Below, piece after piece: positions 7,568-14,867 of a stretch of DNA of 24,473 nt (positions within the stretch are counted from its first letter, which is position 1; each line of letters opens with the position of its first letter). The translations under genes were made by a program, and so were the position numbers. The DNA is from a virus (Duplodnaviria > Caudoviricetes): the IMG/VR virus record IMGVR_UViG_3300043442_001338, positions 1 through 24,473 of that record; one strand, written 5' to 3'. The notes below the pieces were generated by a model. That model was not told where the DNA came from. It was given only the letters and a program-made list of their open reading frames with translations, and ran no database searches.

Positions 7568-7852
7568 ATGATTAGCTTCTCCGTTCTTTGCACCACCCCC
7601 CGCCATGGCGGCCAGTGCGAGCTTCTCATTGATGCCAACAGCGCTGCCGAAGCAGAGCTGCATGTGCATAACTCCCGTCCTCACTACATCATCAAAGGCA
7701 TCTGGCCAGTGGAGAAGAAATTCATCTGCCACGGCTGGTGCTCCCGTCACGATCGTTACGACGCTCTGGCCTATCTCACCACTTCTGCCGACGCGGCCCG
7801 CGCCATTTGCGAGCGCCTCCACCCTGATTTCATCATTGACTCCGTCGAGTAG
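7568..7852 (+). CDS. hypothetical protein with two internal repeats
   Basis: ATG at 7568; two similar halves of about 45 aa. Confidence 0.7.
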   Translation: MISFSVLCTTPRHGGQCELLIDANSAAEAELHVHNSRPHYIIKGIWPVEKKFICHGWCSRHDRYDALAYLTTSADAARAICERLHPDFIIDSVE

Positions 7853-7854
7853 GA

Positions 7855-7930
7855 AGTGTGAAACTTTGTTACAGGCCCCTTTCCAGGGGCCTCTCCTGCT
7901 TTATTGTTCTTTCAACGGGCCGCGAGGCTC
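7855..7930 (+). promoter_or_regulatory. early-type promoter module
   Basis: AGTGTGAA-AC-TTTGTTAC; AGGCCCCT-TTCC-AGGGGCCT; TATTGT at 7902; GGGCC-GCGA-GGCTC leader. Confidence 0.7.
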
Positions 7931-7950
7931 TTCACCTTGCTCTCAAGACC

Positions 7951-8127
7951 ATGCAAACCGTCGTCCTTTTCCGCCTTTTCGAGCAGACTCCCGATGGCGC
8001 CATTCGCCAGTGTGGCTTCACTGGCCCAGACCATGAAGAGGCTCTGCTCTGGCAAAAGGAAATGCAGCAGTGCTTTCCCGCCAATCGCCACTGGATACGA
8101 CCAGTGTTCCGTCATGCAGGTGCCTAA
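7951..8127 (+). CDS. hypothetical protein
   Basis: ATG after the promoter module. Confidence 0.65.
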   Translation: MQTVVLFRLFEQTPDGAIRQCGFTGPDHEEALLWQKEMQQCFPANRHWIRPVFRHAGA

Positions 8128-8275
8128 CCACCAGCACAACAGCGGCAAGCCTCCCAAGCGGAGGCTCAAGCCGCAAGCTCTAAGGGCCGCCAGGGCCCGC
8201 AGACAAGCCATTCTCAACCAGCTCCATCATGCAAGGCACCATCAACATCCTGGCCATCAGCAACAGAGGCCGTAG
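8114..8275 (+). CDS. small basic protein (MQVPNHQHNSGKPPKRRLKPQALRAARARR...)
   Basis: Overlapping ATG; very basic; resembles small proteins I recall from cyanophages (unverified). Confidence 0.55.
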   Translation: MQVPNHQHNSGKPPKRRLKPQALRAARARRQAILNQLHHARHHQHPGHQQQRP

Positions 8276-8414
8276 CCGCATTGGCACCACCATTACCACC
8301 GCTATTGTTGAGCAAGATCACCACGATAAACTGTTCATCGTGCTGCCGCAGTTCAATCAATGTCGATGGATAAAGAAAACAAACGACCCCGACTTTCGCA
8401 TTATTGAGGACTGA
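8229..8414 (+). CDS. hypothetical protein (61 aa)
   Basis: ATG ORF in a tightly packed gene string. Confidence 0.6.
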   Translation: MQGTINILAISNRGRSRIGTTITTAIVEQDHHDKLFIVLPQFNQCRWIKKTNDPDFRIIED

Positions 8415-8416
8415 CT

Positions 8417-8572
8417 ATGACTTCCCTTTCCATTGTTTGGCTGTTCAAGGACAGCGAAGGCTACGAAGACTATGCACAGTCCGAAGAGGAGCGCGATCAG
8501 CTTCATGCAATTTATCAACAAGCTGGCACCAACTATTCCGTTACTGAGCTCATTAGAGGAGAAGATCAATGA
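8417..8572 (+). CDS. hypothetical protein (51 aa, MTSLSIVWLFKDSEG...)
   Basis: Hand-translated; ATGA overlap with 8569. Confidence 0.6.
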   Translation: MTSLSIVWLFKDSEGYEDYAQSEEERDQLHAIYQQAGTNYSVTELIRGEDQ

Positions 8573-8874
8573 TCACCGTTCGCAACTATTCTGACAACGG
8601 CCCGTATTTTCCTCCCACGCAGGGCGTCTATCAGGCCAGTTCTCTCAGGGAGCTAATCTTTCACACAAGACTGTGTATGGAAGACGGAGACTATCAAATT
8701 GGCATATTTAATGACGATGGGGACTGCAAGGGTATGTGGGTGGATGAAGCTGAAGCTATTAGCGATGGGGAAGGAGGACTAGTGCAAGAACCTTCCTGCT
8801 ATGTGCTTTATCGACCAGGCGACATGAGCAGAGGCATGTGGAACATGCACCTTTCTAAATTCAAGAAAGCTTGA
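8569..8874 (+). CDS. hypothetical protein (101 aa)
   Basis: ATG preceded by AGGAG. Confidence 0.7.
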   Translation: MITVRNYSDNGPYFPPTQGVYQASSLRELIFHTRLCMEDGDYQIGIFNDDGDCKGMWVDEAEAISDGEGGLVQEPSCYVLYRPGDMSRGMWNMHLSKFKKA

Positions 8875-8876
8875 TC

Positions 8877-9032
8877 ATGATACTGGTTGATTATTTCTCT
8901 GAAACCTGCTGCAAGGGCACTGAGCTCGTTGAAGGCTGGTACTGGTATGAAGACGATGGAGAGGCAGTGGGAGGGCCGTATAAAGACGAAGAAGCCGCCA
9001 TCGCGGCGGCTCAGGCAGGGCTGAAATGGTGA
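8877..9032 (+). CDS. hypothetical protein (51 aa, ...EGWYWY...GGPYKDEEAAIAAA...)
   Basis: Hand-translated; starts 2 nt after upstream stop. Confidence 0.65.
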   Translation: MILVDYFSETCCKGTELVEGWYWYEDDGEAVGGPYKDEEAAIAAAQAGLKW

Positions 9033-9044
9033 GGATCAGCGATG

Positions 9045-9134
9045 GTAAAGGATCCGGCTGGTTTCGTAAAGGATCCGGCTGGCTTTGTATCTGGATCCGG
9101 CCAGGGTCGTATTAGATCCGGCTAGGGGCGTATT
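9045..9134 (+). repeat. four 21-22 bp iteron-like repeats, core GATCCGGC
   Basis: Units start at 9045, 9066, 9087, 9109 (GTA-N3/4-GATCCGGCY...). Confidence 0.85.
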
Positions 9135-9160
9135 ATGCCTTTATGGTTCTATGGGTTTAT

Positions 9161-9450
9161 GCTCATATCGTCATATCGTCATATGCTCATATTGCCATAT
9201 CGTCATATGGGCATATAGGCATATCGGTATATAGGCATATCGGCATATCGGTATATCGCCATATCGTCATATGGGCATATGGGCATATGGGCATATGGGC
9301 ATATGGGCATATGGGCATATGGGCATATGGGCATATGGGCATATAGGCATATGGGCATATCGGTATATAGGCATATTGTTATATGACCCTATCGGCATAT
9401 AATTATAGGCGCACATGATTATATCGGCATACAAGTATATGGGCATATAA
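9161..9450 (+). repeat. 8-bp tandem repeat array (CATATGGG and variants CATATCGT, CATATAGG, TATATCGG)
   Basis: Nine perfect CATATGGG copies at 9268-9339 with degenerate flanks. Confidence 0.95.
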
Positions 9451-9470
9451 CCATACCGTTATATAAATTT

Positions 9471-9527
9471 TACTTATATCAGTAATACTTATATCAGCAA
9501 TACTTATATCGGCAATACTTATATCAG
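9471..9527 (+). repeat. 15-bp tandem repeat TACTTATATC(A/G)G(C/T)AA x4 (last copy partial)
   Basis: Read directly from the sequence. Confidence 0.9.
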
Positions 9528-9849
9528 GATTGCCAATGTTACAGCTTGTGACAATCGGGCTCAGTCTCGCGGGTCTCATGGTATGGGCGCCTGTGTTGCT
9601 GAATGTGACGCTAGCGGTTGACGGTGTAGGGGGGTGCATGGTATCCGCGCGGGCGCGCTTTCTTTCTTTCCCCTTATGGTCGCCGCCCCGTAGGCTCCTG
9701 GACAATCGGCCAAACCACAAAACCGCCACACAGTCCGGGACCTTGTGACAGTCGCGCAAGTGTCCTAAGTTCCTGGACCGTGGGCCGGATGGGCGCAATG
9801 ATGGCGTCAAGCGATCGGGGACGGTCGCCGCAGTTCCTACTTTCCTTTC

Positions 9850-10065
9850 ATGAAAGACTCACAACTTCTAGGGTTCTGGACTATGGGTGCCAATGGTCTT
9901 CCTGCAGGTCGTCCACAATGGCGCCGCCCCGTTATGCCGGGCGAGACTATGCCTCCGGCCCCTAGATCTCACAATGGCGCAGCCCCCAGCTTGCCGCCCC
10001 TGCAGTATCGGCAGACCGTGAGCGGGCGCCGGGTTGCATGGGACGAACCGGGCGAAACTTTTTAG
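9850..10065 (+). CDS. possible Pro-rich hypothetical protein (71 aa)
   Basis: ATG after a hairpin plus pyrimidine-rich leader like other genes here; low-complexity product. Confidence 0.4.
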   Translation: MKDSQLLGFWTMGANGLPAGRPQWRRPVMPGETMPPAPRSHNGAAPSLPPLQYRQTVSGRRVAWDEPGETF

Positions 10066-10066
10066 G

Positions 10067-10126
10067 CTTTCTTTCTTTCTTTCTTTCTTTCTTTCCTTTC
10101 TTTTCTTTCTTTCTTTCTTTCTTTCC
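10067..10126 (+). repeat. 60-nt pure pyrimidine (CTTT)n tract
   Basis: No purine between 10067 and 10126; ends 4 nt before the ATG at 10131. Confidence 0.95.
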
Positions 10127-10130
10127 AGCC

Positions 10131-10844
10131 ATGAAACTTTCATCCCTTTCTTTCCATCTTTCTACGAAAAGCGGCAACGCCAAAACCGGTCCTATGGCAG
10201 TTAGCACGAGCTCGAAGGCTACGTGCTCGCCGTCGTGCCCTTTCCTGCCCGAGAATGGCGGGGGATGCTATGCACAATCGGGGCCGCTTAATCTTCACTG
10301 GCTTAAGGTTACGGACAATACTCGCGGCGTGCCATTCGCAGCTTTCCTGGAAAGCTTAAAAGCGCTCCCTATTGGTTCTGCTTTCCGCCACAACCAAGCC
10401 GGCGATCTTCCGCACAATGGGGGAAAGATTAGCGAGACTTTTATCCGCAAGATGATTAAGGCGGTCTCACACTTAAAGGCCTACACCTACACTCATCACG
10501 ATTTAACTCTAGGAGAGAATCTTTCTCTCATCAGGAAAGCAAACCGCGCGGGTTTCACAATTAACGTAAGCTGTGAAACTGAGGCGCAAGTTGACAATGC
10601 CATTGCAGCAGACTTGCCCGCCGTTGTTGTAGTGAAAAGCGACGAAACTAGGACGCAATGGAGAACCAAGGCCGGCAACATCGTTCTAGTTTGCCCCGCT
10701 CAAAGGTCGGACACTGTAACTTGTGCCGATTGTATGCTGTGTCATCATCGCGGCAAGAAAGTTGCCATAGGATTCTTGGCCCATGGCACAGGCAAAAAGC
10801 GCGCCGAGGCTAGCTTGGAAGCCTCTCAGAGCTTCGCAGGCTGA
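10131..10844 (+). CDS. Gp88-like Cys-rich phage protein (237 aa; possible Fe-S/radical-SAM-like)
   Basis: SGNAKTG, TCSPSCPF....GGCYA, FRHNQAGD, YTYTH, CPAQ....TCADCMLC, IGFLAHG motifs. Confidence 0.7.
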   Translation: MKLSSLSFHLSTKSGNAKTGPMAVSTSSKATCSPSCPFLPENGGGCYAQSGPLNLHWLKVTDNTRGVPFAAFLESLKALPIGSAFRHNQAGDLPHNGGKISETFIRKMIKAVSHLKAYTYTHHDLTLGENLSLIRKANRAGFTINVSCETEAQVDNAIAADLPAVVVVKSDETRTQWRTKAGNIVLVCPAQRSDTVTCADCMLCHHRGKKVAIGFLAHGTGKKRAEASLEASQSFAG

Positions 10845-10862
10845 CGATAGGGGGGATGATGG

Positions 10863-10893
10863 GAGCCCAGGAAAGATCGGTGTTCCTGGGCTC
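10863..10893. other. perfect 11-bp inverted repeat after the Gp88-like gene
   Basis: GAGCCCAGGAA-N9-TTCCTGGGCTC; no U-tract. Confidence 0.7.
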
Positions 10894-10912
10894 TATGGGG
10901 GAAAGCCTCGAG

Positions 10913-10964
10913 TTTTTCACAGTTTTTCACAGTTTTTCCACAGTTTTTCCACAGTTTTTCCACA
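10913..10964 (+). promoter_or_regulatory. five tandem DnaA-box matches
   Basis: TTTTTCACA at 10913 and 10923; TTTTCCACA at 10934, 10945, 10956; all fit TTWTNCACA. Confidence 0.65.
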
Positions 10965-11692
10965 GGCCCACTATGTGACAGAATGTGAAACGGTAGCAAC
11001 GGATACAGACGGGGAGCGGTAGCGGGGGGTTCGAAAGCTGTTGTGGGCGGGGCTACCCCCGTTAAAAGCGACGTAATTTTCAAACGACTTTTTTCCCTAG
11101 TTCACCGCGTTACATTCTTTTCGTTTATTTTCCATGGCCCGAAAGCTAGTGCGCACTGCGCGAACGATCTAAAGCTTACGAGGGGGAGTGAGCGCACTAA
11201 GATTGTTCCTGAGCGTAAGATGGTGCCTGAATGTTGAATTGTGCAAAGAAGGGGCCTATGTTAAGGAGCCGCCCCAAGCGGCGTTGTTCGTGCCCCTTCT
11301 TTAGTCTCAATATTGTCTCAAACTAGTCTTAAATGAGACTGGCGGTAGCTGCGCACACCATGGGCGATCAAACTACTGTCAGAAAAAAATGGTTAAAAGG
11401 AGGGTGGTAGGGAGGGAGCCCTAGGATCGTACGCCTTGGGGGCTATTGCTCGTAACGGGCTCCTAGCGAAGGTTTCTTAAAAGAAGCAGTCGAGAGGAGG
11501 GTTGTGGAGAAGAGCCGCTATGACAAGGTCGCTGGGGGCTCCCGCTCGAAGCGGCTCTAGCGAAGGGAGCTGAGCTGCTCGTGACGGTCCTTTCGTGGCT
11601 GCGTTGCCTGTCAGAGGGCATACGCTGCGCCATACAGCTATTGTAATTTGCCTATGGTGGTAAGTGCGAGCAAAAGACGGGGAAGTGCTGGC

Positions 11693-11720
11693 TTGACAAG
11701 GGAACGGTAAGTGGTATTGT
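11693..11720 (+). promoter_or_regulatory. sigma70-type promoter
   Basis: TTGACA N16 TATTGT with extended -10 TG. Confidence 0.6.
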
Positions 11721-11744
11721 GCTCTGGTAAGCCCCTTGAAAGCC

Positions 11745-12383
11745 ATGCATCTGGACTGGGAGTACAGCGACGGTCAGTTCTTTTTTGTGCAATGGGAAGG
11801 CATTCCAGCCTCTGTCCACTGCTCGTGGCGTACTGATATTGCAGCCGTCAACGAAACCCTCCACAATTTCCTCCATTGCTGCCCCAGTCGTCTCATTGTC
11901 TTAAAAGTGGTGCAAGCCTCATTGGAAGACGAAAAACGACTTACCACTCACATCAATGACCTTTCTCCATCGAAATGGTTGGCATCTCCTTGTTGGCGCG
12001 AAAACAATGCTGCATTGCAATCCTTTATCAGGGAGTTGCCTTGTGCCACAAGACAGGCTCGTGCCATTATTGGCCGCTATAAGGGAAGGCTGCTATGGAG
12101 GCCTGGTGGTGATGAAAAGGCAATGCCCACGGCAAAGGAGGTGATTATCGACCTTTTAGGGCGGTCTCAAGAACCTTGCGCCCCATCTACGCTCCATGCA
12201 CTGCCAGGAGCAGCCATTCCCCTTCAAACCATCTACAACACGCTTGGCAGACTTTTAGCGGAAGGTATAGTTAGGCGGCCAGAGCAGGGGCTTTATGAGC
12301 TGACAGAACAGGGAGAAGCCTCTTACGCTATGCTCATTAAGCCGAGGGCTCCTCGTAAAAGTGTGAGGTCTCTTTCCGTTTGA
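11745..12383 (+). CDS. protein with C-terminal winged-HTH
   Basis: KEVIIDLL...LQTIYNTLGRLLAEGIVRRPEQGLYELT. Confidence 0.65.
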   Translation: MHLDWEYSDGQFFFVQWEGIPASVHCSWRTDIAAVNETLHNFLHCCPSRLIVLKVVQASLEDEKRLTTHINDLSPSKWLASPCWRENNAALQSFIRELPCATRQARAIIGRYKGRLLWRPGGDEKAMPTAKEVIIDLLGRSQEPCAPSTLHALPGAAIPLQTIYNTLGRLLAEGIVRRPEQGLYELTEQGEASYAMLIKPRAPRKSVRSLSV

Positions 12384-12390
12384 TTCCTCC

Positions 12391-12633
12391 ATGGCCTACA
12401 CAGACAGCCGCTGCGACTACGTGCAGGTGACGGAGCTATGGAGGGTGTATGTGCCTTCTGAGCGTTCCTGGAACAAGGCAGTGAAAGAGCTTGAGAAAGC
12501 CATCAGGCCAGAGAAGACCAGCTACTACCAGCCAGGGGCTTACACAGGCAAACAAGGCCATCAAATGACCTTGATGAGCTGGGAATTGACAAAAGGAGAG
12601 GACCAGTTACCCTGTTCGTATCCCGACTGGTGA
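12391..12633 (+). CDS. hypothetical protein (80 aa)
   Basis: ATG ORF in operon-like string. Confidence 0.65.
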   Translation: MAYTDSRCDYVQVTELWRVYVPSERSWNKAVKELEKAIRPEKTSYYQPGAYTGKQGHQMTLMSWELTKGEDQLPCSYPDW

Positions 12634-13022
12634 TCACCATGCCCTTCGACGAAGAACTGTTTGCCCTTTGCATGGACCATGCAAGCGATGCTGAACTGCC
12701 TGCCCTGAAGAAGCGCTTTGAAGGCTTCGACATTTGCAAAGACAAGGCCACTGCTGCTGCATTTGGCTACCTTGCTGCTTTGCGCGACCAAGAAAAAGAA
12801 GATGAAGAAAGCCCTTCTATTTACGACAAAGTTTGTGCAGTGATGGACAAGCTTGTCGATCCTGATGAATGGATGACAAGCGAAGATGCAACAGAGACAG
12901 TATTTGCCCTGATTTATCTCTGGCTCAAAGAGGAGCTCGCCGAAGAAGGACTGTCAGGCGATTTTATTACGCTTTTAGGCAACAAGTTCAAAGCTTTTGT
13001 TAAACCAGGCGTTATTTCGTAA
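12630..13022 (+). CDS. hypothetical acidic protein
   Basis: GTGA overlap (alternative ATG at 12639). Confidence 0.7.
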   Translation: MITMPFDEELFALCMDHASDAELPALKKRFEGFDICKDKATAAAFGYLAALRDQEKEDEESPSIYDKVCAVMDKLVDPDEWMTSEDATETVFALIYLWLKEELAEEGLSGDFITLLGNKFKAFVKPGVIS

Positions 13023-13063
13023 CAATCGCTTCTTTTTCTTCCCATTGTCATGCTCTAGTCTTA

Positions 13064-13273
13064 ATGGAAGACTGGGGCATTGTTATGTTCGATGATTTAC
13101 CAGCACCATTCATGGTAGGAGCAGTGAAAATATGGCCTGCTCATTCTCGGCCAGGTTATTGCTGGTTTATTGCTTATGCTGGCAAGCCGCATTATTTTCG
13201 TTCTCGCAATGAGGCAGTGCTATTTGCAAAAGATGCCCAAAGTGGAAGCGATCCTGAAGGCCTATGTGACTAG
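13064..13273 (+). CDS. hypothetical protein
   Basis: ATG ORF (alternative start 13085); WFIAY.GKPHYFRS..EA. Confidence 0.65.
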   Translation: MEDWGIVMFDDLPAPFMVGAVKIWPAHSRPGYCWFIAYAGKPHYFRSRNEAVLFAKDAQSGSDPEGLCD

Positions 13274-13345
13274 CGAGGATGGTGCATTTTTGCGCTAGTC
13301 TGCTTTGGTTGATCTCCTAGGGGCCGAGGCCCCTTTTGTTGTCTT

Positions 13346-14794
13346 ATGAAGCTCAAGGAACAAGCAAAATGCGACAAAATTGCCCGCACTGGCCGGGTGC
13401 AGAGCTGGATTGATGAAGCCGATGGAAGACTGCCCGTGAGCTGCACGGTCTTCGTCGTAGATGATTCAATGGAAGGGGAAAATGGCATTGAAGCATCGTG
13501 GCGTTTTGTTTCCCATGGCCTGCGTAATGGTGCAGGCGTAGCCGTTCATTTGTCAGAGCTGCGTGGAAAGGGCGAGGAAAATGGCAAAGGCCTTGTTGCA
13601 AGTGGGCCCATTAGTTTTGGCAAGATTTATTCCACTCTCAATGAAATCCTTCGTCGCGGCGGACGTTATAAAAATGGGGCCGTAGTGCTTCATCTTGACT
13701 ATTCGCATCCTGACATTCTTGATTTCATCAAAGCTTCTCGCCAAGAGCTTCCATGGGTGAAGAGGTGTGTGAATGTGGATGAGCAGTTTATTGAGAACTC
13801 TTCTCAAGAACTGATTGATGAGTTGTTGAAGGGCATCGCTTCTGGCGACATTTGGCTTAATAAAATTCGATACGATCAAGAAGGAAAGCGCATCCGTGCC
13901 AATGTCTGCCTTGAAGTTTATCTTCCTCACCGTGGCACTTGCCTTCTTCAGCACGTCAACATGGGTGCTTGCGACATCGATGAAGTAGAGGAAGCCTTTG
14001 TCGAGGGCATGAAGCAACTGTGCGAGCTCCATCCCAGCACAGGCGTTGGTGACACTGGCGAATACCTTCCCCCTTCTATTGACAAGCAAGTGGGCCTTGG
14101 CATGCTTGGTCTTGCCAACTTCCTTTCCCTCCATGGCATTTCTTACGAAGACTTCGGGAAAGCTCTGGAAGCCCTGAACGATGATGATCCCCATCCATGG
14201 TGCCACTATTGGTGCGAGAAGCCTGCTGGCAGGGCTGCAGCAGCCATTCGCGATGGCATTGAAGCAGCAGCAAAAATTGCTCGCGAGCATGGCATGAAGA
14301 GGGCTTTCTGCATTGCCCCCACTGCCTCTTGCTCTTATCGCTATCTCGACAAGAAAGGCTTTACGACTGCCCCTGAAATTGCCCCTCCCATTGGACGGCT
14401 TGTTGATAGAGACTCTGGCACCTTTGGCGTGGAAAGTTTTGACTATGGGGAAGTGGAAATTGCGGGAGAAGTGGGCTGGTCCAGTTATTTAACTGTTGCC
14501 AATGAATTGGTTCGGTTGTACCAGCAAACCGGCCTTTTCCATGGCTACAGTTTTAATAGCTGGAGTGATGTGGTCGTTTACGATCGCAAATTCCTGGCAG
14601 ATTGGCTTGCTTCTCCGCAAACTAGTCTGTACTATTCGCTGCAAGTTCTGCCTGATACGCAGCGTAAAGACGATGCCTATGCGGCATTGGACGATTCGTT
14701 TAAGACCATGTTTGGCCTTGATGACAGCGAGGCCGAGGAGGAGACTGTCTCTTGCAGTTTAGACGCTGGCTTTTGCAGCGCCTGTGCTGAATAG
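13346..14794 (+). CDS. nrdA: class I ribonucleotide reductase alpha subunit, short cyanophage type
   Basis: PVSC, NVCLE (NxCxE), CLL, APTASCS, SLYY Tyr dyad, C-terminal CSAC; no ATP cone; beta subunit adjacent. Confidence 0.92.
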   Translation: MKLKEQAKCDKIARTGRVQSWIDEADGRLPVSCTVFVVDDSMEGENGIEASWRFVSHGLRNGAGVAVHLSELRGKGEENGKGLVASGPISFGKIYSTLNEILRRGGRYKNGAVVLHLDYSHPDILDFIKASRQELPWVKRCVNVDEQFIENSSQELIDELLKGIASGDIWLNKIRYDQEGKRIRANVCLEVYLPHRGTCLLQHVNMGACDIDEVEEAFVEGMKQLCELHPSTGVGDTGEYLPPSIDKQVGLGMLGLANFLSLHGISYEDFGKALEALNDDDPHPWCHYWCEKPAGRAAAAIRDGIEAAAKIAREHGMKRAFCIAPTASCSYRYLDKKGFTTAPEIAPPIGRLVDRDSGTFGVESFDYGEVEIAGEVGWSSYLTVANELVRLYQQTGLFHGYSFNSWSDVVVYDRKFLADWLASPQTSLYYSLQVLPDTQRKDDAYAALDDSFKTMFGLDDSEAEEETVSCSLDAGFCSACAE

Positions 14795-14817
14795 AAAATC
14801 CTCCACAATTCGTTCAC

Positions 14818-14842
14818 AAGGGGGACTTACTCCCCCTTTTTC
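14818..14842 (+). terminator. terminator-like hairpin between nrdA and nrdB
   Basis: AAGGGGGA-CTTAC-TCCCCCTT-TTT. Confidence 0.55.
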
Positions 14843-14867
14843 ATTCTTTTCCCATTGCATGATTAAA

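Noticed and set aside
9045-9527. Possible CRISPR or guide-RNA array
   Set aside because: Repeats are contiguous tandem units of 8-22 bp with no unique spacers, and no cas-like gene is nearby
9745-9802. TGACAGT-N6-AGTGTCC imperfect inverted repeat with AATGAT as a further early promoter type
   Set aside because: Single occurrence in the window and a weak -10; cannot be supported from this sequence alone
9143-9810. ORFs 9143..9346 (+), 9403..9810 (-) and 9530..9748 (+)
   Set aside because: The first two largely translate the tandem repeats (AYGHMGIW, DISIA); none shows convincing start context or protein motifs
9868-10207. Lys/Glu/Arg-rich minus-strand ORFs and the Phe-rich N-terminal extension of ORF 10038..10844
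   Set aside because: Artefacts of the (CTTT)n tract; the likely start is ATG 10131
13553-14290. 245-aa antisense ORF inside nrdA, and similar shadow ORFs inside terL, portal and GT genes
   Set aside because: Fully overlap well-supported genes and carry no recognisable motifs
13346-14794. Class II (B12-dependent, nrdJ) assignment for the short RNR
   Set aside because: The C-terminal YY dyad and an adjacent ferritin-like beta subunit indicate class I
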